This document shows positions 11,027 to 20,000 of a DNA stretch of 20,000 nt, piece after piece. Every line of letters starts with the position of its first letter. Position 1 is the stretch's first letter. The stretch is from positions 46,940 to 66,939 of the forward strand of contig JNEM01011122.1 in assembly GCA_000697335.1 (NCBI GenBank), given 5' to 3'. Made by a program: the position numbers and the translations under genes. This DNA comes from Conidiobolus incongruus B7586. Lineage: Eukaryota. The notes under the pieces are model-generated. The model made no database searches. It was not told where the DNA came from and worked only from the letters and a program-made list of their open reading frames with translations.

Positions 11027-11730
11027 ATGGTTGAATTACATCATATCGGAGCTAATTGCAATTTATCAACTTGTAATCGATTAGGTAATTGATAATTCAA
11101 TTTTATAACGTTAATTTTGATAAATTTATTTGTATGATTATTATTTAGATTTTTTACCTTTTAAATGTCCCAATTGTAGGAAACAATTTTGGTAATTCTA
11201 TATAATTTACAGTTGATAAAATTGAAAATTAATAATTCTTTTTTCAGTGATGAACATTATAATCCAGAGCAACATGGTTGTAAAGCACCACCTCCTATTG
11301 TTGATGTTCGAGTACCTACTTGTCCGGTGTGTAACCAACCTGTCCCTTTAAAGAGGGGAGATCCCAATACAGCTGTAAAATTTATCATATTCTTTTAAAA
11401 AAATAATATATTCACAAAATTTAGGTAAATAATCACATATCCCGAAATTGTAAAAATCCACCCAGTCCGACTCCTTCGTCTAAAGTATGTCAATTAAGCT
11501 CGTGTAAGGCGAAGACGGTGGTTGCTCAAGTTTGTTCCGATTGTCATTTGAGTTTTTGTATGAAACACAGATTCCCCCAAGATCATAACTGTACTCCCCC
11601 ACCGCCTCCCAAACCCACGCAACAGATGTTCAATAATTTTAAGAACAAATTGACAACTGGCCAGACTGCAAGTTCATCAAATGCAAAAGGCAAAAACAAA
11701 AAGAGTGGAGATAAGTGTATTATCTGCTAG
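11027..11730 (+). CDS. ZFAND2: AN1-type zinc finger protein, ZFAND2/AIRAP-like, with C-terminal CaaX, ~177 aa; exons 11027-11084, 11149-11191, 11248-11374, 11425-11730
   Basis: Three GT-AG introns (64, 56, 50 nt), 534 nt total. First AN1: MVELHHIGANCNLSTCNRLDFLPFKCPNCRKQFCDEHYNPEQHGC. ZFAND2-type middle finger: VPTCPVCNQPVPLKRGDPNTAVNNHISRNC. Second AN1: CQLSSCKAKTVVAQVCSDCHLSFCMKHRFPQDHNC. Ends KNKKSGDKCIIC*. Confidence 0.9.
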
Positions 11731-11866
11731 ATGATTTTACAAATTAATTAATTTTTAATTATTATCAATAATTTTAATAAAATGATTATTTATTAGTAAG
11801 TGATTTTTTTATTTTTCAAATTTTGTTGAGTTAATAAATAAAAAATATAAATAAAAACTTTTAAAA

Positions 11867-12912
11867 TTAATCAAATCCATTCATATTGTCGTCACCGGTA
11901 GCTCGCTCTGGGATTAAAGTGGCGAAGAATAGGTAAACAAATCGGAATATCATTCCGAGAGTGGAGGTAGGAGCTTGTGAGAGGTCAGGAAGATAATTTT
12001 GGATAAATGATGAGCAAGCGTTCCAATATTGGTCAAATGCATTGGTACGAAGCCCTATGAAAAGACCAAAGATCATTAAACTGATGAAATTGGCATATAA
12101 CTCATCTTCAATTTCGAGTGCTGACACGACCAGTGAGGAAATTAGATAAGATTGAGTTAACATCCATATACCCATGAATAGACCTTCACCGTTTCTCACA
12201 CGATTGAATCTCTCTCTGAAGTATTGTAAAACTGGATTTTCTGCTGGCTGCTCTGGGTGTGGTTGTTGTACTGGTGTGGATGCTGTCGTTCCCGAACCTG
12301 ACCTTGGAGATGGAAGGCCATGAACACCATCAATTGACGAAAGGTGAGAACGGACTGGAGAAAGGAAAAGTTGATTTTGGTACTTGACAATATTAAAATA
12401 CAAATAATCGGTAGGATAGTCGTTGACTACGTTTATAGATGGAGAAATTGATGGCGGCTGAGAAACAGGCTGTATCTGAGGTACAGTCTGATTAGTTAAA
12501 GGAGTGGAAGTGTGACTTGCAGTAAATGGATTTGAAGTAGGGGCACTTGGAGAAGGTACAACTTTAGGTGCCTTGTATCCAACCACCAAATGAAAAACAA
12601 TAGGAACACTAGTATTAGTCAGCTAAATATCAAAATAAGTTAACTATTTTCAAATTCCAGTGGTTTACCAATTACCTTTTCAAAAAGATTTCTAAAACAC
12701 TCTTCATTGTTCAAAACCCTACCCATATAAATTAATCTTATAGAATTAGGATTATATTCCTCCGTCAAAATATTTCTAATTTTATCCTCCAAATGTCCGA
12801 CTTTTTCTTCGTCATTCACAGTAATTTCAAAACTGTTTAATTTCCCTTCTTGTTCAGGCGTCTGAGATAAGATATTATATGGCGACCTAATTTCAATTTG
12901 ATATTCTAACAT
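11867..12912 (-). CDS. HERPUD/Usa1-like ER membrane protein with N-terminal ubiquitin-like domain (ERAD scaffold), ~330 aa; exons 12912-12676, 12622-11867
   Basis: A phase-0 GT-AG intron at 12675-12623 (53 nt) completes a Ubl domain: IEIRSP...VGHLEDKI...IRLIYMGRVL...FEK/LTNTSVPIVFHLVV. Then a P/S/Q-rich linker, two hydrophobic segments and C-terminal MIFRFVYLFFATLIPE, which resembles the HERP terminal FFASLLPE motif. Confidence 0.8.
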
Positions 12913-15152
12913 TTTTGTAATGTATTAATTATATATTATAATAAATTTAATTATAGTCTGAATTATATTTATTTCTTTATGATTTTTTTTATTTTTTATA
13001 AAAGTTAAAGAATTAAGGTTAAAATTGATATCATTGAACTTTTTAATAATTGATAATTGTTGGATTAAACTCATTAAATTTACCCCAAGGGTTTATTCCA
13101 TTAATCCCAATTGGCGGTCTTTGATTGGTCTATGTAAATTATTCGCAGAATTTGAATTAATTTAAGCATTCAAAATTGGACAAGATTGATTTCATAGCTT
13201 AAAAACAATTACTTGGCATGTTCTTTTAAAATAGCAACTTATTTTTATATTGCAAATTATCTATATTCAATATTTTGTATTTTAAATTTAATTATATATG
13301 AAATACTATCAATCGCACTTATCTCTACCTTAAAATATCCTATTTTAAAATATATACAAAATATTCGTAGCAACAATATCTTGAAATATTGTCGGTTTCA
13401 GAATCGTTAATTTTAGTTATGAAACAATCGCAAAATATGTAAATAATACTCAAGATTAAAATTAATTTTTATTCATCAATTTTATTTTCAAAAGGATAAA
13501 AATAGCTAACTTTGAATATTAATAAGACAGATGAAAATATTATTATGATGAATGTTGTATTTATAGTCAAATCAATTTGATGTTAATCAAATTTCAAGAG
13601 TTGATTCTAAAACTGATATTGAATAGAATAATTTTCAGCAGAATAACTAATTTAAAAAATATACTCTAAGAAAATTTGATTGTATAATAGGTTTTGAATT
13701 TTAGAGTGATCTATTTGTTATGACTATATTTCTCTCGGATAGATATATACATATTTGAATCAATATTCGAAGAATCATAGTTAAATGATAAAAATTCATG
13801 AATACAGTTTTAAGTAGAAAACAAAAATATATTTGGTGAAAAAATGATCAATTAAGATAAAGTAATGATTTCAATAATATATAAAGAAAATATATTTCAA
13901 TATAATAACAATATTAATTCTAAGATGAAAACTAATGTATTTATTAATCTGGTTTCTTAAAATATGGCTAGAGTTTTCAAAGTTTGAATAATATAGAATT
14001 GTGAAATGTAGAAATGATTATTATTGATCAGACAATATAATGCAACGTAATGTTGCTTATGATATACTAATATATATTTATCATTAATACTAATTATATA
14101 TTTTAATATTCATTTTTGTCAATAGTTTGAATAGTTTCCAAAATATTTAAAATTAAACGAAAAATATACAATATACATTAAATAATGAGATATAAATTTA
14201 ATAATACAATATTTGATTAAAAATTTAATTTGTTGAAAATCGAATATTTTAATAATAATGATAATTTTGAAAAAGAGTAATTTTTGATATAATTAGATAA
14301 TGTTTAAGTAGTATTATCAAACAGATCTAATTAAAATGTTATTATTATTATTATTATAAATTTCTGTCTCTAAAATTCATAAATCATAATATATACATAA
14401 TCAAATTGTTAAAAATTATCAAGGTCAAAAAATTCTATATTGTAAACAAAATCAGTTTACAAAGTAATTATCAACACTCCTTATAATCAATATATTTAAT
14501 GTTCTATCTAGATTTTTAAATTATACTATGGTGATTTTTGAAATGATATATTAAATAATGAATAAATATTAAATTTGAAAAACTGATCAATAATAAATTG
14601 TGAAATACTATATCTGGCAATAAAACCATAGCATATCAACATCACATTATTATCATTTTTTTTAATTTTTAATAATATTTAAATATTCAATTTATAAAAA
14701 ATTACTAAACAAATATAATAGAAAGAATTCTTAAATTATATATATATATTAAAGAAGAAAAATTTTATTCTCTACAATAACTATATTAAGTAATATTAGA
14801 TTATTAATCATTTAAAATATGACAAATTAATAATTATTATTCTCAAAATATAATTTTACATTAATAATGAAATCATTATTATTAAATTTTTTTACGCCAA
14901 TAACAAATATTTTTTTATAATTTGAGAAGAATTTAGTTAAAACTGGAAACGAAATGTAAAATGTAAGTAATACATGACAAAGTGTAAAAGGGTTTAATTC
15001 CGCTAACAAGTTCTTGGGTTTCATATGACTTGAAATTGCTAATCAAAGCCTATCAAGATTCATTTCTTATTTAATTGTAGTCGTTTTTGGTAGATAATGA
15101 TACATTAAAGATATGGATAGAAGGAGTTAATTCCTTATTGCATATCGGGAAT

Positions 15153-15631
15153 TTAAATGACCAAAGAGGCGGCAACACCGAAAGCAGTGAGCATAGCAGA
15201 GAAAGTGGTGGACGAGATAGTATCACTTCCAATGGTTTGGATGGGAGCATTAGTAGTGGAGGATTTGGAAGTGTTAGTCTTAGTCAGACTCTGAGTTGGA
15301 TTTTTCAGTAGTGGGGGATTTTCTTCTGGTAGAGGTGGATTCGTCTGAGGTAGACTTGAGGGATTCAGCCACAGTGGTGAGTGTAGGGGTAGGAATTGGA
15401 ATTTTTTCTCAATTTTGAAAACTGTATACACGCAATTTTCGAAACATTCGTCACTACCGCCGTCTCTTGTACAAGTGTTGATATATTTTTAATCTGTTCA
15501 GCTTGTTTTTCGTCGGGTTTGGGAAGTTCAAAGCAATCGGCAAAACATTTGGCATCCCCTTTGGTTCATCGACAGGCTTTAGCAGAGCAGATGAACGCAG
15601 AAAACAAAGTGAATAATAAGGCCTTTTGCAA
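15153..15631 (-). pseudogene. Decayed third copy of the Cys-rich GPI-anchored surface protein family
   Basis: TTGCAAAAGGCCTTATTA at 15631 aligns to ATGCAAAAGGCTTTATTA of the 18313 paralog, so the start codon is lost. Reads LQKALLFTLFSAFICSAKACR*TKGDAKCFADCFELPKPDEKQ with TGA at 15568-15566 replacing Cys2. Frameshift near 15486-15490 before YINTCTRDGGSDECFENC, and further shifts around the stalk. The tail QTIGSDTISSTTFSAMLTAFGVAASLVI is intact. Confidence 0.85.
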
Positions 15632-16303
15632 TTTGAATAGACCCGATAAATAAAAGAGTTAGATCAAGGGTAAAAAGCAACACCAATTCATTTTATATTC
15701 ATACCCAATGGGAAGTCTAAGACTTAGTTTAACAAGAGCACAATTCAAATTTGAAAATTACCCTTGTAACAAAATGAAAGTGAGAAAATTAAATATCAAG
15801 TGATCCAATCTATTGAAATTAGGTACCCTCTTTTTACTGATTTAATTCATAAAAATAACTTAGGCAGTTAAATAGATATGCCATCAATAATAAAGAATAT
15901 AATGAAGAGTTAGTAACTATTACGATTGCTACTAATTGGTAGAGTCAATAATATATTTGGAAGAAAAATAGAGAGAATATAGTAATTGGTTCTAGATAAA
16001 TGATGAAAAATGAATATATCTATATTTGACAATATTTTATCATTATTCAAAAGAGTTTACTCTAAACCTTGATCCCGCTATTTTGAAATATTTAACAAAA
16101 TATTCTCACATATCATGGAAGTGGATAACTTAAATGAAATAGAAAAATTGATCCATTAAGAAAATTAATCAATCAGGTTAACTAATTATTATCAACTGGA
16201 TATTATTAACCCTTTCAAAAAAGATTTATTAATAAAACATGAATTTATTATAAGTAAGATTAAATTACAAGATGTCAAGATTCTAATGAATTGTTATCAT
16301 CAA

Positions 16304-16831
16304 TTAAAGGAAGAAGGAAGCAGCGATACCGAAAGCGGTGAGCATAGTGGAGAAGGTAGCAGAAGAAACGGCGTCGCCACCAACAGGTTGAATGGAAGAG
16401 GTTTCAGAAGAAGAGGATTTGGTAGTAGTAGCCTTGGGCTTGGAGGTGGCTTCTCCACTGGCAGAGCCAGTAGATTTGTCAGCAGTAGAAGTAGATTCCT
16501 TCTTTTCTTCGGTAGAGGAAGAGGCGGGATCAACAGTAGTGGTCTTGGGAGGAACAACAGTGGTGGGGGAAGGAACTCGAGCGGAGGAAGATTGGCCATT
16601 CTTTTGGTAGTCCTTGTAAATTTGATTGATGCAGTTATTGAAGCAATCATCACCATCACCATTTTCAGTACATTTGGTAACACATTCGTTTGTCTTATCA
16701 GTTTGTTCTTCAGTGGGATCTGGAAGACCGAAGCATTTGGCTAAACAAGCAACATCTCCCTTGGGGCATTGACAATTTTTAGCGGAGTAGACGACGGCGG
16801 TGAGTAAAGAGAGCAATAAAGTCTTGTTCAT
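16304..16831 (-). CDS. Secreted 8-Cys, Ser/Thr-rich, probably GPI-anchored cell-surface protein, 175 aa
   Basis: Signal peptide MNKTLLLSLLTAVVYSA. Domain C-x-C-x6-C-x3-C-x16-C-x3-C-x8-C-x3-C. S/T-rich stalk. Small-residue omega region (GGDA), spacer and hydrophobic C-terminus MLTAFGIAASFFL. Intronless. Confidence 0.9.
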   Translation of the reverse strand: MNKTLLLSLLTAVVYSAKNCQCPKGDVACLAKCFGLPDPTEEQTDKTNECVTKCTENGDGDDCFNNCINQIYKDYQKNGQSSSARVPSPTTVVPPKTTTVDPASSSTEEKKESTSTADKSTGSASGEATSKPKATTTKSSSSETSSIQPVGGDAVSSATFSTMLTAFGIAASFFL

Positions 16832-16899
16832 TTTGATTAATTAAATCAATAAATAAATATAAGAATTGGATAAAAATACGAGAACAAAGAGTTCAGCCT

Positions 16900-16912
16900 C
16901 AAGTATTTATAC
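16900..16912 (-). promoter_or_regulatory. TATA box GTATAAATACTTG, shared with the paralog promoter
   Basis: caagtatttatac ~70 bp upstream of ATG 16831. The identical 13-mer is at 18380-18392. Confidence 0.65.
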
Positions 16913-17755
16913 ATCCATGAAATTCCGATTATAGGATGAATATTAATTTGCACATATTCATTAAAAATTGGCAAAGGTCATGGATTGATGAAAGGTCAAA
17001 TTTTTAAAATTATCAATCTAGTGTAACTTGAATTGGACCTAAAATAAGGCATAATATCACGCTATTCACTAAATCAACTCAAGATTGTTTGCAGACTCTG
17101 TTTTAAGCAATGCGCATTTCAGAATTTGAATAAATTGACCAATCTAACATAAATCTTATTAGTTTAAAATAACAATAAAATAACCTTTATATTCATAAAA
17201 ATAGAAAATAATTATCTATAAATATAAAAATAACTCAATATAATACCACGGAAAATATCATACTATCTATAAATAGCCACATTTAAATTAAGAATATTAC
17301 CTCAATCAAGTACTATTTTCAATTAATTAAAAATACACTTCAAATCTGCAAATAATAAATTTGCCATTTAAAGAATATCAAATTTGAGGTAACTTATTTG
17401 ATTATTTAAATGATAAAATTTTATTCAAATTATAAAATGTCATAAAATTATCATTAAAAATTTTAATTACAATTATAGTGCATTAATATTTAAACAATTA
17501 ATGCATAAAATATGTTAAAAAATTAATGGAATATAATATTGATATTCTTAATTTCTAATTAGAGACAATTTCAATAAAACCTTATCTTGAAAAGTTATCA
17601 AAAAATATTATATGTTTAACCCCCTTGATATTACTAATTAAAATTAGTTATTTATTATTTAGTTACAAAATTTGTTAATGTTGATGATAAGAGTGACGAT
17701 ATTCTGTTAAATATGATAATTAAATTAGTACATTGTCAGAACACGCTGAATTCAT

Positions 17756-18313
17756 TTAGATAATTAAGGATGAGGCAATACCAAACGCTGTGAGCATGAT
17801 TGGGAAGGTTGTAGAAGAAATGGCATCGCTACCAACAGGTTGAATTGAGGATGAGCCTTGAGCACTGTTACTGGCTTTGGTCGTAGTAGCTTTGGGCTTA
17901 GAAGCGTTATCACCGCTTGCAGAAGTTGAAGTATTATCCGATGATGACGATGTCGAATCAGTGTTGGAAGCATCTTTTATAGTAGTCTTTCTGGTAGATG
18001 GAGCGGCAGTAGTAAGTGTATTGGGAAGCTGAGAAATGGTGGTTGGAGTTTGGACAGGAGGAATAGTGGGAGTTTGACCATTCTTTTGATAATCTTTGAA
18101 GATTTGATTGATGCAATTGTTGAAACAGTCATCGCCACCACCATTGTCAGTACAGGAAGTTACACAATCGTTGGTTTTGTTGGTTTGGTCATCGGTGGGA
18201 TCAGGAAGTTTGAAACATTTTGCAAGGCAAGTCACATCACCCTTGCCACATCCACAATTGTTGGCGGCAAAGACAGTAGCAGAGAGAACAGAAAGTAATA
18301 AAGCCTTTTGCAT
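17756..18313 (-). CDS. Secreted 8-Cys, Ser/Thr-rich, probably GPI-anchored cell-surface protein, 185 aa (tandem paralog)
   Basis: Signal peptide MQKALLLSVLSATVFA. Same Cys spacing (CGCGKGDVTCLAKCFKLPDPTDDQTNKTNDCVTSCTDNGGGDDCFNNCINQIFKDYQKNG). S/T stalk and tail SSIQPVGSDAISSTTFPIMLTAFGIASSLII. Confidence 0.9.
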   Translation of the reverse strand: MQKALLLSVLSATVFAANNCGCGKGDVTCLAKCFKLPDPTDDQTNKTNDCVTSCTDNGGGDDCFNNCINQIFKDYQKNGQTPTIPPVQTPTTISQLPNTLTTAAPSTRKTTIKDASNTDSTSSSSDNTSTSASGDNASKPKATTTKASNSAQGSSSIQPVGSDAISSTTFPIMLTAFGIASSLII

Positions 18314-18379
18314 TTTAAATAGAACTTGAAATAAATATTTAAAATTGATTGTAATCTAAAAATCCAAGGGGTCCCTGAC

Positions 18380-18392
18380 CAAGTATTTATAC
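18380..18392 (-). promoter_or_regulatory. TATA box GTATAAATACTTG, shared with the paralog promoter
   Basis: caagtatttatac ~70 bp upstream of ATG 18313, identical to 16900-16912. Confidence 0.65.
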
Positions 18393-20000
18393 TAGAATAA
18401 ACTTCGGAAATTCGGTTGAACAATTTAAATTCCTATGAAGTTTGAAATGTAATAAATGGTAATATTGATTATCAATATAATTAAAGAATAAAATAATGAA
18501 TCAAGTGTTAGTTTAATTGAGTGCAATTTGAAGAATAACTTTCATCATATCAGCCTTAATGATACAAGAGATAGATATTATAAATAGTTTTAGGTCAACA
18601 GTTTTTGAAATGGTGGATACAATGAAATTGAAAATCAAATATTTCGCTCAAAATCTCACAAAAAATTCTTTTTCAAACCAAATATCGGTAATATGAAAAA
18701 TCTAGAAATTGTCTAAAATAACATAATATTTAACCAGTAAATTACATCCGAAAACTCTTCCAAATCTATAAATAGATTCTAAAATTTCTCAATAATGATG
18801 AAATCAAATTAAAATTAAAATTAAGAATATTATTATTATATTCAAGAAATTATTAACCAATTAATATCTCTAAATGAAATCATAGAAGATCAATATTAAT
18901 AAATAAATTAAGATCAATTATTCTAAATTTAGAAATGAGTCAATTATATTATAAAATTGGAATTTTTTGAACTCCTTACACCAGCTTCCATCTCCTTTTC
19001 CAACTCTTTAAAAATCAATAAATTCTCCTGAGACTAATTTAAATTCTCAAATCAAACGTATGATATTTGATTTGGATTCAGACCAAAGTCCTAAATTTGA
19101 TTTCAATATTTTTCAAAAATAGCAAGGTAAATTTGGCATAATTGAAAATTTTGTTATTCATGGTGCTTTAGTAAATATTTGTCATTCATAATTATTCCAT
19201 AAACTTCTACTTTAACTGAGAATTTTGAATTTTAAAAATCAATAAAAATATGCAATTACTCATAATAACGAAATTTCTAACCCTATCTTGTATTATTACT
19301 CCAATACTTTAATTTTTGTTGATATTCAAAAACAATCCATTTAACGTTAGTCCTAAAGGAAAAATATAATCATCAAAAAATTAGCAGAATATTCGAGAAA
19401 TTAATACAATCTTTCTGACAAGCTATATAATTTATAATTTATGTGACTAATTATGTCAATTAAATGATCTAAATTTTTTGATCAATATATCAGGTTAATG
19501 TTAATTTGGAAATTTTATCAGTTATGAATTTTTTAAATAATACTAACGATTAATGCTTATATTAGTGTTTATTGTTAAAATAATCTTTAATAAATTGGTA
19601 ATTATGTTGTAATTCTATCATTAAAATTGTTCAAATTTATAATTTAATCAGAATCTATTTCATTAAAATACTTAATCACTAAAACATATACAATATTGAT
19701 ACCAAATTAATCAACTATTAAAAAAAATTTAATATATTTGATATCAGTGATTTCAATATAATTATAACCACTATATCATATATAATATCTTTAAAGAAAC
19801 AATGAATATTCAATATATTATTTTAAAAAATTTTAAGATAATTAAATAAACCCATATTTTTTAATAATAAAGATCAAGACAATATAATATATATAATATA
19901 TATTTATATTTATATTTAAATTTTTATAAAATTATTATCTAAATATTATATTTAATAATATAAGGCATTGCTATATCTATTATATAGTTATTATTTTATT

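Noticed and set aside
13095..13135. ERSE/UPRE element upstream of the HERP-like gene
   Set aside because: CCAAT/ATTGG boxes are present, but there is no CCACG half-site at ERSE or ERSE-II spacing.
15566..15568. In-frame TGA exactly at a conserved Cys: selenocysteine or UGA recoding (Sec use is known in some early-diverging fungi)
   Set aside because: The same copy has also lost its ATG, has Cys5>Tyr and carries frameshifts. TGY>TGA is a single substitution. TGA serves as an ordinary stop in the AT-hook gene (2474-2472). I see no SECIS-like hairpin.
16286..16744. Overlapping ORFs 16286-16744(+), 16392-16610(+), 16300-16683(-), and analogous ones at 15087-15311, 15396-15653, 17764-17973, 18050-18298, 18108-18329
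   Set aside because: Antisense or alternate-frame shadows of the Ser/Thr-rich paralogs. Their recurrence is explained by the paralogy.
16304..18313. Calling the 8-Cys head a CFEM domain or hydrophobin
   Set aside because: Cys spacing does not fit: CxC is N-terminal followed by three Cx3C motifs, and there are no CC doublets.
1..20000. CRISPR arrays, tRNA/rRNA genes, operons or prokaryotic defence systems
   Set aside because: No regularly spaced direct repeats or recognisable structural RNA genes were seen. The spliced gene structures show the DNA is eukaryotic.

Overview
Very AT-rich eukaryotic DNA, most likely from an early-diverging fungus. That is an inference from the short 50-64 nt GT-AG introns, fungal-type proteins and extremely AT-rich spacers; an Entomophthorales/Conidiobolus-like source is a guess. 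I can support eight intact genes and one pseudogene. In order: a peroxisomal SCP2-domain protein ending in -AKL; a 3-exon AT-hook protein; an intronless orphan ORF; a 5-exon Sds3-like Sin3/HDAC subunit; a 4-exon AN1 zinc-finger ZFAND2/AIRAP-like protein ending in a CaaX box; a convergent 2-exon HERPUD/Usa1-like Ubl membrane protein; and a tandem array of secreted 8-cysteine, Ser/Thr-stalked, probably GPI-anchored proteins (one decayed copy, two intact). Splice models were derived by hand and each sums to a whole number of codons. Non-coding signals include a ~230 bp foldback (MITE-like) element, a possible Tc1/mariner transposase relic, shared TATA and CCAAT motifs, and microsatellites. I found no clear novel multi-gene system. 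The best leads are the Cys-rich surface-protein array, the prenylated ZFAND2/HERP pair, the orphan gene and the foldback element.
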